This document shows, piece after piece, positions 20,357-30,721 of a stretch of DNA of 64,000 bases. A program made the translations under genes and the position numbers. Origin of the DNA: Candidatus Latescibacterota bacterium (lineage in GTDB: Bacteria > Latescibacterota > UBA2968 > GCA-2709665); NCBI GenBank assembly GCA_965219995.1, contig CBDCOX010000002.1:1344001-1408000 (forward strand), given 5' to 3'. The first letter of the stretch is position 1. Every line of letters starts with the position of its first letter. The notes beneath the pieces were generated by a model. It ran no database searches, was not told the origin of the DNA, and worked only from the letters and a program-made list of their open reading frames with translations.

Positions 20357-22314
20357 CGCGCCCACCCCTCGCCGGAAGCCAGGTCTCTTCCCACACGCCA
20401 CGTCGTTCCCGACACGTCGACGGTCATCTCCACGCGGTCGTCCCCTGCGCGGGCCTCCGCGGGCAATTCGGCCGAAACGCCCGGCGGCTCCGTGCCGCGG
20501 TAGGGAACGATCACCGTGGCGAAAACCGTTGGCGCCTGGTTGTCCAGGGCGAACCGGAACGCCTTGCGCGGCATGCGGTAACCGTACTCCCACGCGAACC
20601 AGCCGGTCTCTTCGACGATTGACGCGGCGCATCCGTCCGCCGCCTGCACCAGAACGTTGGCGTCGTCGAATCCCGTGAACGCCCGGTTTCCCCCGCCGTC
20701 GAACGTGACGTCTCCAGGCGCGAACTGGTAGTGAATGTCCAGCTGACCGGGCGCGGCGCCGATCGCCTCGTCAAGCAACACGAAGAAACGCCGGTCCACG
20801 AACCAGACGGAACGCCGGTGGGTCAGACCGGGATACGACCCGTTCTCCACCGCGAGGACGTCTGAGTCAGCCCCTTCCGAGACCCACATCAGGTGACGCG
20901 CATCGTCGGCGATGTCCCCGCCGTCCAGGGTCAGGGTCTGATGTACCGAGGTCTGCCGGTGCCACGCGCGCGCCTCCCCGTCCCGCCCATAGGTGTAGAA
21001 ACCGGTATCAGACATCAGCCAGCGGCCGTACGCGTACAATTCGAACGTCCCGTTATCGGGCTGGTCGTGGCTCGAAATCGCGGGCGGAGAACAGTGCAGT
21101 GCCAGGTAGACCTGATCGGGGCCCCAGGCGTTGCGCATCACGTAGAAGCCGGCCTCTTTGAACGCGTGGCTCTTCCGGTCCGGCAGGGCGTCCAGGTGCA
21201 GGTCTGCCCGCGCCGCGTACTTGGGATCGCCCAGCAATTCGGTCGCGTTCACCAGTTCGTCGTAGAGCGGCCACTCTGTGCGGTCGTCCATGGTTTTCAA
21301 CGGACGCGAGCCGTCCCCGAACATGGGCGGACCCAGATCCGGGGTTGCGATCCAGAAAATGTAGTCGTACATCTTTCGGACACGCTCCAGGAACGCCGCC
21401 GGTATCTCGATGTCGAACGCGTCAAGGCGACCGAAGATCTCCACGGCGTCCCTCAAAACGCCCTGGTGATAGCCGAAGGACCACTCTCTCTGCACCCCGT
21501 CCTCCGTCGTCTGCCCCAGGATGTTTTCTTCGACGCGCGCCAGCCCCAATTTCATCCACTCGCGAGACTCCCGGAACTCGCTGAACGTGTACGCGGCATT
21601 GATGAATCCACGCTGTTCGAACACGGCCTTGTTGTGGATGAGGCCCATCGGAATCAGCTTTGTTTTCGTCTGGTGGTCGTAAAGGCTCGCGAGCAGCACG
21701 CCCAGAAACTCCGGCGTGAACGCCTCGGCCTGAACCAGGCCGCGAAACGCCGCGCAGATGTTCGTGGCCCGGATGCCCGTCTGCAGGTCCAGCCACGCGA
21801 ATCCTTTCCAGAACTTGTAAACGGGATGGGTTCTGGTGTGTTTTTCGAGGGGATGCTTCGATATCCAGTCGGTCGCCAGATCGACGAATGCCCGCCCGTA
21901 CTTTTCGTCCCGCGTCGCCGCATAGGCGTTGACGAGCGGCGCGGCCCAATAGAAACGATAGAGGACGCATACCCATTCGATATCCCCGGGCGGGTCCCAC
22001 TCCCAGTCCATTTCCTCGCCGTACTGCGCCTCTTCGTACGGCCCCCACTGGAAGATGCGGCGGCAGATCTTGTCCGCCGCTGTATGATCGCCGTCTCCAC
22101 GGGATTCTTCCAGCGGGTATTTCCCCCGGTAATAGTCCAGCAGCGCGGCGAGTGCGCTCAACCGGTCGCCGGCATCGGCAGCGCGTTTCACCGCCTCCAG
22201 CCCCGCTCCTGTCAGGTCCAGTTTTTCAAGAATGTCTTTCGGGTCCAACGACGAAAGCGGCATCTCATGATCGATCTGATCCGCGCCCGCGGGGCGCTCT
22301 ACCAGGTAGGTCAT
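20353..22314 (-). CDS. Heparinase II/III family glycosaminoglycan/alginate lyase
   Basis: ATG at 22314 with RBS. DGVQREWSFGYH, GFYVMR, HDQPDNGTFEL, HQTLTLDG, HRRSV. Confidence 0.9.
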   Translation of the reverse strand: MTYLVERPAGADQIDHEMPLSSLDPKDILEKLDLTGAGLEAVKRAADAGDRLSALAALLDYYRGKYPLEESRGDGDHTAADKICRRIFQWGPYEEAQYGEEMDWEWDPPGDIEWVCVLYRFYWAAPLVNAYAATRDEKYGRAFVDLATDWISKHPLEKHTRTHPVYKFWKGFAWLDLQTGIRATNICAAFRGLVQAEAFTPEFLGVLLASLYDHQTKTKLIPMGLIHNKAVFEQRGFINAAYTFSEFRESREWMKLGLARVEENILGQTTEDGVQREWSFGYHQGVLRDAVEIFGRLDAFDIEIPAAFLERVRKMYDYIFWIATPDLGPPMFGDGSRPLKTMDDRTEWPLYDELVNATELLGDPKYAARADLHLDALPDRKSHAFKEAGFYVMRNAWGPDQVYLALHCSPPAISSHDQPDNGTFELYAYGRWLMSDTGFYTYGRDGEARAWHRQTSVHQTLTLDGGDIADDARHLMWVSEGADSDVLAVENGSYPGLTHRRSVWFVDRRFFVLLDEAIGAAPGQLDIHYQFAPGDVTFDGGGNRAFTGFDDANVLVQAADGCAASIVEETGWFAWEYGYRMPRKAFRFALDNQAPTVFATVIVPYRGTEPPGVSAELPAEARAGDDRVEMTVDVSGTTWRVGRDLASGEGWAR

Positions 22315-22573
22315 TTCCCTTCCCTTGATGACGGTTTTCGCGCGATGGGCTCCAGGTCTACGCAGTCGCCTTCGGACTGCGTTGCGCACGTAACTTACGC
22401 CCCGGCCGGCGCGTTGGCAATACAATTGTTGGATATCTTGACGGAAGGGAATACAATGGTTAGGCAGATTCGGCAGGACGACAAACGAGAGGCTGGATCT
22501 GCCGGTTGGAGACGTAGAAGGGAAACTGCTTGCCAGATTCCGAAACGCCGATGGGTAGATTTGAAAGTATTAC

Positions 22574-22602
22574 TTGCAAATTTAACATCGTCGCAGTACA
22601 TT
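22574..22602 (+). promoter_or_regulatory. Sigma70-type promoter (near-leaderless) of the AAA ATPase gene
   Basis: TTGCAA-17 bp-TACATT, with the ATG about 10 nt downstream and no RBS. Confidence 0.55.
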
Positions 22603-22612
22603 CGCTGATGCC

Positions 22613-23794
22613 ATGGTTACTCGAGAGATTACAGACAGGCTGGTCGCACTATTCAAACAATACCCCTTTGTCACCGTGACCGGCCCGCGGCAGTCGGGCA
22701 AGACCACGCTCTGCCGCGCCGCGTTTCCCCATCTCGAATACGTCAACCTGGAAGCACCGGATCAACGTCTCTTCGCCGAGTCCGATCCACGGGGTTTTCT
22801 TTCCCACGTCGGCGATGGGGTTATTCTGGATGAGATCCAGCGCGTTCCGCAACTCCTTTCCTACCTCCAGGTCCTGGCAGACGAAACAGGCCGAAACAGT
22901 CTGTTCGTTTTGACCGGCAGCGAGCAGTTCAGGATTTCCGATACGATCAGTCAATCCCTGGCGGGTCGTACGGCGCTGCTTTGCCTCCTGCCATTCTCGC
23001 TGGACGAACGGAGACGCGCGGGCGCCAGCGGCGAGGTCGACGACATCCTGTACTCCGGATGTTACCCCCGGATTCACGATCAAAAACTCGAACCCAGACA
23101 GGCGCTCGGCGACTATTTCGAAACCTATGTCGAGCGAGACGTGCGCCGCATGGGAGAGGTCCGCAATCTCTCCGGCTTTCGTCGATTCGCGCGGCTGTGC
23201 GCCGGGCGCGTGGGCCAACTTCTCAATGTCTCGTCACTTGGCGCCGACGCGGGCGTTTCGCATACTACGGCGCGCGAGTGGCTTTCGATTCTGGAAGCCA
23301 GCTATGTTGTCTTTCAGCTCCCGCCATTCTACGCCAACATACGCAAACGCCTGACGAAGTCACCCAAGCTCTATTTCTACGACGTCGGTCTGGCGAGCTA
23401 TCTGATCGGTATCGAACATGCGGATCAGATTGCAACCCACCCTCTGCGCGGCGCGCTGTTCGAAAACGCCGTCGTCTCCGAGGCAATAAAGTATCTGTTC
23501 AACCGTGGCCGCCGTTCCAATCTCTCATTTTTCCGCGATACCCGGGGTCTGGAGTGCGACCTTCTCTACGAGCGGGGCAGTCGAATCGGCGCAATTGAGA
23601 TCAAGTCCGGCGCGACCGTGGCATCCGATTACTTCGACTCGCTGAATCGGGTCGCAAGACTCCTGCCGCAGGTCTCCGACAGAGGATTGGTCTATGGGGG
23701 CGCGATGGGTCAGTCCCGCAGCGACGTTGAAGTGGTGACGCTCGCCGACGTCGGCGACCTGCTCGAGCGGTTCGACAATCGGACCGGGGGATGA
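22613..23794 (+). CDS. AAA_14 ATPase with DUF4143 domain
   Basis: GPRQSGKTT, ILDEIQ, LTGS, TYVERDV, KSPKLYFYDVG, LFEN, ECDLL...IEIKS. Confidence 0.93.
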   Translation: MVTREITDRLVALFKQYPFVTVTGPRQSGKTTLCRAAFPHLEYVNLEAPDQRLFAESDPRGFLSHVGDGVILDEIQRVPQLLSYLQVLADETGRNSLFVLTGSEQFRISDTISQSLAGRTALLCLLPFSLDERRRAGASGEVDDILYSGCYPRIHDQKLEPRQALGDYFETYVERDVRRMGEVRNLSGFRRFARLCAGRVGQLLNVSSLGADAGVSHTTAREWLSILEASYVVFQLPPFYANIRKRLTKSPKLYFYDVGLASYLIGIEHADQIATHPLRGALFENAVVSEAIKYLFNRGRRSNLSFFRDTRGLECDLLYERGSRIGAIEIKSGATVASDYFDSLNRVARLLPQVSDRGLVYGGAMGQSRSDVEVVTLADVGDLLERFDNRTGG

Positions 23795-23895
23795 ACGACC
23801 CCGTCGAAATCCGCACTGGATCAGCAATCCCGGGACTGTGGTGCGAAGGCGACGTCATACGCTTCTAAATGACTGGAAAACAGGGATATATATTC

Positions 23896-24894
23896 ATGGA
23901 TATAATTCGTCTGGGTCTCGTCGGTTCGGGCGGCATGGCGCACAGCCGCGCGCAATCCTTCGCGGATATGGATGGATGCAGGTTGACGGCCCTGGCCGCC
24001 CGAAATCCGCATACCGGCGCCGAACTGGCCGAACGGCATTCACTGCCGCTGCTGGGACATTGGGAGGATCTGATCGGCCGTTCCGACGTGGACGCTATTG
24101 TCGCCTGCACCAATAACGACAGCCACGGTCCGATCGCACGGGCCGCGCTGGAGGCCGGCAGACCCGTCTTTCTGGAGTACCCGATCGCACGCCATGTTGA
24201 CGAGGGAGAAGGCCTGGTCGGACTGGCTCGGGAAACGGGCACGGTCCTGCGCGTGGCCCATCCGGAAGTCGTGTCCGGCGCCCACCGGCAACTCAAAGAG
24301 ACCGTCGGTACGCTGGGCGATCTGCTGGCGGCGGTATTCACGCGCCTGACCCCGGGGAGAGGGACGCGGCCCGAGGTGTTGTTCAATCTCCCGGCTTCCG
24401 GGCCGCCGAGTCTCTTCTTCGTCTATCAGGTCTACCCGCTGGTCGATCTGTTCGGCCCCGCGTCGTGGGTGGAAGGGTACGCCCATTACGACGGAATGGG
24501 CGGGAACGGAACCTACCAGAGCTTCGTCAACCGGGTCGCAGCGGGGTTTGCCGGCGGCGGTACGGCCGAATGGACGTGGGCCGGCGGAATATCAATCGGG
24601 AAGGCCGAACAGTACCAGCGGATCGTGATGGAGAACGGAACGATGATCCATGAAGGCGGAGGCTGGCGGCTTTCCGCCGCTGACGGCAGCGAGGAGCAGC
24701 TTTCGTCACCGGGACAGGAGACGTCGCTGGAAAACCTGTTTCTCGAAGAAGTGCGCGGCACTCGGGTTGGATGGCGAGCAGACCTGGACACGGCCCTCGA
24801 CGCCATTCGCATCGGACTGGGTGCGGAGGAGGCCGCGAACCGTGGCGGGCGCGTGCATCTCGTGGATGGCGGAACCGGAGCCGGAGAAAGATGA
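23896..24894 (+). CDS. Gfo/Idh/MocA family oxidoreductase
   Basis: LGLVGSGGMA Rossmann motif, DVDAIVAC, H...ALEAGRPVFLEYP. Confidence 0.88.
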   Translation: MDIIRLGLVGSGGMAHSRAQSFADMDGCRLTALAARNPHTGAELAERHSLPLLGHWEDLIGRSDVDAIVACTNNDSHGPIARAALEAGRPVFLEYPIARHVDEGEGLVGLARETGTVLRVAHPEVVSGAHRQLKETVGTLGDLLAAVFTRLTPGRGTRPEVLFNLPASGPPSLFFVYQVYPLVDLFGPASWVEGYAHYDGMGGNGTYQSFVNRVAAGFAGGGTAEWTWAGGISIGKAEQYQRIVMENGTMIHEGGGWRLSAADGSEEQLSSPGQETSLENLFLEEVRGTRVGWRADLDTALDAIRIGLGAEEAANRGGRVHLVDGGTGAGER

Positions 24895-24915
24895 CCTTAC
24901 CCCACGGAGGCCCCA

Positions 24916-27651
24916 TTGAAACTGATCGGTAACGCAAGCCGCATTGTACGGTCGATCGCGGCGGCGACAAGGATCCTTGCCCTGGTCGCCGCGGTCGCCT
25001 TCGCGCCGTCGCAGAGCCGGGCCGGCGAAACCTTTTCCTTCGCCCTGATCGGAGACGTGCCGTACGCCGATGCCGACAGTATCCGGTTCGCAAGGTTGAC
25101 CGACATGGTCAACGCGGACGACGACGTACAGTGGGTCATCCACGCGGGCGACATCAAACGTGGCGGACAACCGTGCACAGATGCGGTTCTGGAAGGTCGT
25201 CTGGAAAGGTTCAAACGCTTCGATGACCCGTTCATCCTTACGCCGGGCGACAACGAATGGACGGACTGTCATCGCAAGATCGCCGGCCGCTTCGATCCGC
25301 TGGAACGCCTCCGGAAACTGCGGTCGCTGTTCTACCCCCGTGCCGGGATGACGCTCGGCAAGCGGATGATGCGGGTTGAATCCCAGGCGTCGTTTCCGGA
25401 ATACAGCGAGTTCATCGAGAACGTCCGATGGGAACGGGCCGGGGTTCACTTCGCAACCGTTCACATCGTAGGGAGCAGAAACGGGCTGGCTGCGTTTCAG
25501 CGCCGGGACTCGACCGAGGTCGGATCGATCCCCATGAGAACGGAACGGCACGACAGGGCGGTCGAGCGGCGCACCCGGGCAGGGATCGTATGGCTTCGCG
25601 AAGCCTTCGCCGCGGCAGGTGAATCGGGCAAGGGTCTCTTTCTAACCCTTCATGCCACGATGGGACTGGAGCAGAAGCCGAAACCGGACCCGCCTCACTT
25701 TAAGGGGATCCTCGACGTGTTGCGCGAGGAAACGGAGCGATTCGGACGTCCCGTGGTGCTGGCGCACGGCGACTCCCACTATTTCCGGATCGACAAGCCG
25801 CTTCGGCGCAAGGGGGGCGGGAAACGCATTGCGAATTTCACCCGCGTGGAGACGTTCGGCGCCTCCGACGTACACTGGATCGAGGTAACGGTGGACCCCG
25901 CCAGCGAGAACGTGTTCCGATTCGAGCAGAGAATCGTGAAGGAAGAACGGACGAACGGAAGTCAACGCGAATCCACGGAGAGGACCGGGATGAACATCGA
26001 AAAACGCGGCGAATCGGAACGAACGCCGCAGGAGATCATCGACGCCATGCACCGCCCCGCGTGGTGCGCAGAAACGGATGCGGGGCGCCTGTATTGGGAA
26101 CTCATCGGCGCCGCAATCCGGAACGACGCCGACGCCCTGCGCGAACGCCTGGGCAGGGATCCGAACCGCGCCAGACTGCAGTTCTGGTATACTCCGCCGG
26201 TTCACTTCGCGGTACGGGAGGGCAATCTCGACGCGACACGGGTGTTGTGGGAAGCCTATGCACACGACGAGGTGGCCGAATTAATCGCCATGGCCGACGA
26301 CCGCGGCCACACGGCAGTGGCCGATTATCTCCGCAATGCTGTCGGCGCCAGCGTGGCGTCGGATCTTCCGCTGCACGAGGCCGTGAAAGCCCGAGACCAC
26401 GAGAAGATCCAACGCCTTCTCGAAGATTCGGACGGGATCGCATCACAACGGGACGCGGAAGGCAGGACCGCGCTGCACGTTGCGGTTATCGAGGGCGACG
26501 AAGCGGCAGTTAAGGTTCTTCTCAAGAGCGATATCGCGGTCGACGCGACCGACCATGCCGGTTTTCGCGCAGTGCACCATGCCCGATGGCGCGACCTGAT
26601 GTGGCACCGGTCAAGGGTGAACCCGGAACTGGCGGAACTGCTTCGAAAGGCAGGCTCCCGCGACAGCCCCACGCTGGCCGCCGCGAGGGGCGACCTGGAT
26701 GCCGTTCGCGCGTTCGTCGCGGCTGATCCCGCGGCCGTGAACGACGGCGACAGAATTCAGAAGCGTCCGCTCTCGGCCGCCGTGGAGCACGGTCATCGGG
26801 AAATCGTCCGATTTCTGCTGGACAACGGCGCGGACCCCTCCCTGCCGGAGGGTCGCCTGTGCCCCTACGGGTCGTCGCTGATGACCGCCACGGTAGCGGA
26901 CGACCTGGAAGTCGCCTCCTGGCTTCTGGAAGCCGGCGCAGATCCGAACGGTCACGTCAACTCCTCGGGGTCGCCCGCGATCCGCGCCCACTCGGACGCC
27001 ATGCGGGGTCTCCTGTACGGTTACGGAGGGCGCGCCTCCGGGGCGTGGGGGTACGTGCAGCGCGGCGATCTCGAGACCGTGGCAGCAATATTGCGCTATA
27101 CCGACGATCCGTTTTCGGATGAGGAGAGCGAGTACCTGACCACGCCCTACACCGCCGCGATCAGCGGCTGCGGACGCAGGGAGGACCGCGGAGAATCCAC
27201 GGATGCCCACGAGGCGATGTTCGACATGTTCCTTCAGCGCAACCATCCGATGCCCCGCGTACTCACGGCATGCAAGACCTATCTCTACCACGTGCCGCGC
27301 ATGACGCGCCGGCTCCTCGAAAACGGCCTGGACCCGGACCTGCCCGACTGGCAGCGGCGGACGCCGTTGCACGACCTCTGCCGCGGCAACCGGGCCGTGG
27401 CCGACGCCGCCGCGATGGTTCGTTTGTTCCTTGAGTACGGCGCGGATATCAACGCGATCGACGAGGAAGACCGGTCCACTCCGCTGGGGATTGCCGCCCG
27501 CGAGGGAAACACCGAGCTGGTCGGCCTTCTTCTGGACAGCGGCGCCGATCCCAACGCAGCGGGCGCCGAATGGGCAGCGCCCCTCGCCTGGGCGCAACGA
27601 CGCGGTCATGCGGAGATCGCGGAGATGCTCAGGGACGGGGGTGCGCGGTAG
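24916..27651 (+). CDS. Secreted-type calcineurin-like metallophosphoesterase in frame with an ankyrin repeat protein (internal RBS+ATG at 25990)
   Basis: Signal peptide, GDVPY, HAGDIK, PGDNEWTDC, HGDSH. From 25990 a ~553-aa ankyrin array follows. Confidence 0.8.
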   Translation: MKLIGNASRIVRSIAAATRILALVAAVAFAPSQSRAGETFSFALIGDVPYADADSIRFARLTDMVNADDDVQWVIHAGDIKRGGQPCTDAVLEGRLERFKRFDDPFILTPGDNEWTDCHRKIAGRFDPLERLRKLRSLFYPRAGMTLGKRMMRVESQASFPEYSEFIENVRWERAGVHFATVHIVGSRNGLAAFQRRDSTEVGSIPMRTERHDRAVERRTRAGIVWLREAFAAAGESGKGLFLTLHATMGLEQKPKPDPPHFKGILDVLREETERFGRPVVLAHGDSHYFRIDKPLRRKGGGKRIANFTRVETFGASDVHWIEVTVDPASENVFRFEQRIVKEERTNGSQRESTERTGMNIEKRGESERTPQEIIDAMHRPAWCAETDAGRLYWELIGAAIRNDADALRERLGRDPNRARLQFWYTPPVHFAVREGNLDATRVLWEAYAHDEVAELIAMADDRGHTAVADYLRNAVGASVASDLPLHEAVKARDHEKIQRLLEDSDGIASQRDAEGRTALHVAVIEGDEAAVKVLLKSDIAVDATDHAGFRAVHHARWRDLMWHRSRVNPELAELLRKAGSRDSPTLAAARGDLDAVRAFVAADPAAVNDGDRIQKRPLSAAVEHGHREIVRFLLDNGADPSLPEGRLCPYGSSLMTATVADDLEVASWLLEAGADPNGHVNSSGSPAIRAHSDAMRGLLYGYGGRASGAWGYVQRGDLETVAAILRYTDDPFSDEESEYLTTPYTAAISGCGRREDRGESTDAHEAMFDMFLQRNHPMPRVLTACKTYLYHVPRMTRRLLENGLDPDLPDWQRRTPLHDLCRGNRAVADAAAMVRLFLEYGADINAIDEEDRSTPLGIAAREGNTELVGLLLDSGADPNAAGAEWAAPLAWAQRRGHAEIAEMLRDGGAR

Positions 27652-27698
27652 GCGGACCGGAAGCAGACCGATCAACCCGAAACGGGAAGCTATTGCAT

Positions 27699-28265
27699 AT
27701 GGCCGACAAAATCGAGACACAGCCACGATTCCTCGCGCTCCTGCGGGGCATCAACGTGGGCGGGAAGAATATCGTCCCGAAAGATGCGCTCAGGCAGTGC
27801 TTTGAAGACCTGGGGCACCGCAGCGTCCGCACCTACATCCAGAGCGGCAACATCCTCTTCCGGTCCTCCGAAAACGACGTCGTCGCGCTGACCGGCGAGA
27901 TCGAACATGCCCTGTCGGTTCGATTCTCATACAACGCCCGCGCCGTCGTCCTGTCCCGCGGGACGTTTCGAGCCGCGGTCGACGCGGCCCCGGAGGACTG
28001 GGGACGCGACGATGACCGCATGCACCATGCGCTGTTCACACTGGCGGGCGCCGTGCCCGATCGAATGATCGCGAAACTCCGGGCGCCGAACCCGGAATGG
28101 GAGACCGTTACCGCCGGTCCCGGGGTGATCTACTGGTCGGTGTCCAGGGCGCACCCGACCCGGGCGACCTGGGTGAAGCTGCCGGCGGCACCGGAATACA
28201 GGCAGATCACCGCCCGAAATCACAATACAGTGTTCAGACTCAGGGAACTCTTCGAGGAAATTTAG
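27699..28265 (+). CDS. DUF1697 family protein
   Basis: ALLRGINVGG, VRTYIQSGNI, TARNHNTV. Confidence 0.92.
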   Translation: MADKIETQPRFLALLRGINVGGKNIVPKDALRQCFEDLGHRSVRTYIQSGNILFRSSENDVVALTGEIEHALSVRFSYNARAVVLSRGTFRAAVDAAPEDWGRDDDRMHHALFTLAGAVPDRMIAKLRAPNPEWETVTAGPGVIYWSVSRAHPTRATWVKLPAAPEYRQITARNHNTVFRLRELFEEI

Positions 28266-28269
28266 TCAA

Positions 28270-28599
28270 ATGACAGGGGACGAGAAGCTTACCGGGCGGA
28301 TACGGACGATTCTTTCTCAGGAGGAGGGATTCTCAGAGAGAAGGATGTTCGGCGGCGTCTGCTTCATGATCCACGGGAACATGTGCGCGGGGACATGGAA
28401 GGGATCGCTGATCGTCCGGCTCGACAGGGCCGATCACGATGAGACGCTCGCGCAACCGCACGCGAAGGCGTTCGACGTCACGGGCCGGGTCATGAGAGGA
28501 TGGGCGATGGTAGGGCCGCCGGCGATCGAATCGGATGAAGGCCTTGAGGAATGGGTGTACAGGGCGGCCGATTACGTACGGACGCTCCCGCCCAAATGA
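28270..28599 (+). CDS. TfoX/Sxy N-terminal domain protein
   Basis: ERRMFGGVCFMIHGNM, GRVMRGWAMV, ends LPPK. Confidence 0.88.
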   Translation: MTGDEKLTGRIRTILSQEEGFSERRMFGGVCFMIHGNMCAGTWKGSLIVRLDRADHDETLAQPHAKAFDVTGRVMRGWAMVGPPAIESDEGLEEWVYRAADYVRTLPPK

Positions 28600-28639
28600 C
28601 GGGGACGGCAGCGATCCGAATCGGCGGAAACCGGCGCCC

Positions 28640-28960
28640 CTACTGCAACGGCGAAAAGGACGTCGGGACGAGCACGTCGGAGACCACCTCGTCAACGATG
28701 GGTCCGTTGGCTTCGGTCCGTTCCCGGGCCGCGATCCATTCGGGGTCCGCGCGGAATGAATCCCACGCTGTTTCCATCGCCTCTTCGCTTTCGAATGCGC
28801 AGAGGTAGATGAGTTCGTTGGCATCCCTTCTCGTCCAGAAACCGACGACTTTGATTCCGTGCCTTTCGAAGATGCCAAACGTGGTACTATTGAACCGGTC
28901 GAGGATATCCGGCATCCGGCCTTCGGGGATTCGGTAGGTGCGGTGTTCGTAGATCATCAT
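28640..28960 (-). CDS. NIPSNAP family protein
   Basis: IYEHRTY, FERHGIKVVGFW, AWDSFRADPEW, LVPTSFSP. Confidence 0.93.
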   Translation of the reverse strand: MMIYEHRTYRIPEGRMPDILDRFNSTTFGIFERHGIKVVGFWTRRDANELIYLCAFESEEAMETAWDSFRADPEWIAARERTEANGPIVDEVVSDVLVPTSFSPLQ

Positions 28961-29118
28961 GTCTCTCCGTCGTGTTCAGGTTCCTGGGTTCGTTCCATCG
29001 ATGCCTTGCCATGGTAACAGGAATTCAACCTGATGGAAAGGCCCATCTTGCCCCGCCGAAGCGAAAAGGCGATTTCAATTCATCCAAGCGTCAGCAAACC
29101 CGCGAGGATTCCTGGAAC

Positions 29119-30627
29119 GTGAGAACAGACAAACGAGGTGGAATCTGCTTTCGCGTGGACGACAACAAACCGGCACGACAGTGGATTGAGTTCGCGGACC
29201 TCTTCAACCGGCACGGTTTGAAGTTCTGCGCCGCGCTCTGTCCGGGAAGAATGGCCGGGGACGAATCCTACATAAGTCTCGTCCGGACGTTACAGGACCA
29301 GGGGCACGAGATCATGGACCACACGCCCCTTCACAGCGTGGACAAGATCCCGCTCCCCAGCGTCGCGGATGCGGATACCTGGCAGGGGAAAGACGGCGTC
29401 GACCACGTGGATGACACGCTCGTCTACCTGACCTACGCCGGAATTGACTCGGCCTCGCTTCCGGAGGGTCGCGCGGATATCTCGGGCAACCTGATGACGG
29501 GACGTACGCCACGCGACCTTGCCGACACCAACCAGACGAGGTTCATCGCCGTCTACTTCCCGTGTATCGGACGCGTATTCCGGTTCAGACAGATGGAGCA
29601 TTCGGGCGGTACTGCCCTGGCGTTGCGCAGCTTCTGGGACGAAGACAACGTCGATCTGGGAGAACTTCGGGATATCGCCTACCACAAGCTTGGCAAATCC
29701 GACGTTCGGATGACGCCGGCCGCCCGCAGGCTTCTGGCCGAATCGTCGCTCAGGCTGTTCGACGAGCTTGGTCTCGATCGACCCTATACGTGGATTCAGC
29801 CGGGGTCCGGAGGGTGTTCGGATTTCTGGCGCGCTGACGTCAAAGCGTCTTTCGGCGATCTGTACGGATACGCGGCCGCGGCAACCTACCCGGACCGGTC
29901 GCACAAGTGCTTTAGCGAAGCCGATCCCGACGGGGACAAATGCTTCGGCATGCAGTGGGGCAACTTCGACGATGAGGCGCGGGACCTGAACTGGAACCTG
30001 AAACGAATTGCAGACGGAATCGCCAAACGCCATATTCTGGTCGGCCACAGCCACTTCTGGGAACACGCCATGCCGGACGGCTGGCAAGGCTATCTCGAGC
30101 GGGTTGACGGGATCCTTTCCTGGTGCGGGCGCAACCGGGTCCCAGTCAGGACCTATTCGGAGTGGGCCAGGATCCTATACCGTGGCAGACCGGACTCGAA
30201 CGTAAACGTGTTTCCGGACCTGAACGTCGATCTGGATGCAGACGGTATACCGGACGGTTACGATAGGTTGTCGGCGGAAGTGGTCCGAAGCGAGGGCGAT
30301 TCCGTTGGCCCGCTCGTTTATCTGGCAGTAAGGGATGCCGGGCCGATCTGCAAAGTGGAAAGCTTGGGCGGACTCGCAAAAGGCGCGAATACTTTCTCGG
30401 TCCGAACCTGCGGGCGGCCGGGCGACGCCATTGAGGCGACGTTCAGGTTCTTCGAAGTCGGATCGATGGAGAAGCACGTGTTTTCAGTGGCAGGCCCCGA
30501 ATGGACCGAACAATCCGCGACTATCGAGGTGTCGTCGGAAGCATCTCTCGTGAATGTCTCCATCGAGTGCACACGTACCGGCGGCGGTTTGAGGTTAGGC
30601 GGGATGCGATTGAGCGCGTCCGAATGA
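29119..30627 (+). CDS. Polysaccharide deacetylase (NodB/CE4-like) domain protein with an insertion and a C-terminal beta-rich domain
   Basis: GTG at 29119 after GAGG. ICFRVDD, GHEIMDHTPLH, YTWIQPG, ILVGHSH. Confidence 0.7.
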   Translation: MRTDKRGGICFRVDDNKPARQWIEFADLFNRHGLKFCAALCPGRMAGDESYISLVRTLQDQGHEIMDHTPLHSVDKIPLPSVADADTWQGKDGVDHVDDTLVYLTYAGIDSASLPEGRADISGNLMTGRTPRDLADTNQTRFIAVYFPCIGRVFRFRQMEHSGGTALALRSFWDEDNVDLGELRDIAYHKLGKSDVRMTPAARRLLAESSLRLFDELGLDRPYTWIQPGSGGCSDFWRADVKASFGDLYGYAAAATYPDRSHKCFSEADPDGDKCFGMQWGNFDDEARDLNWNLKRIADGIAKRHILVGHSHFWEHAMPDGWQGYLERVDGILSWCGRNRVPVRTYSEWARILYRGRPDSNVNVFPDLNVDLDADGIPDGYDRLSAEVVRSEGDSVGPLVYLAVRDAGPICKVESLGGLAKGANTFSVRTCGRPGDAIEATFRFFEVGSMEKHVFSVAGPEWTEQSATIEVSSEASLVNVSIECTRTGGGLRLGGMRLSASE

Positions 30628-30721
30628 AGTCCGGAACTTCAGAATGTAAGCAAGTCCGGCGCAGGCTCGGGCGTGTCGGACGAAAGGAAAGAATGGCGTA
30701 TCTACCGAACAGGAGCGATTG

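Noticed and set aside
22360-22382. Hairpin ACGCAGTC-N7-GACTGCGT upstream of the heparinase gene as a riboswitch
   Set aside because: A single stem with no recognisable aptamer consensus.
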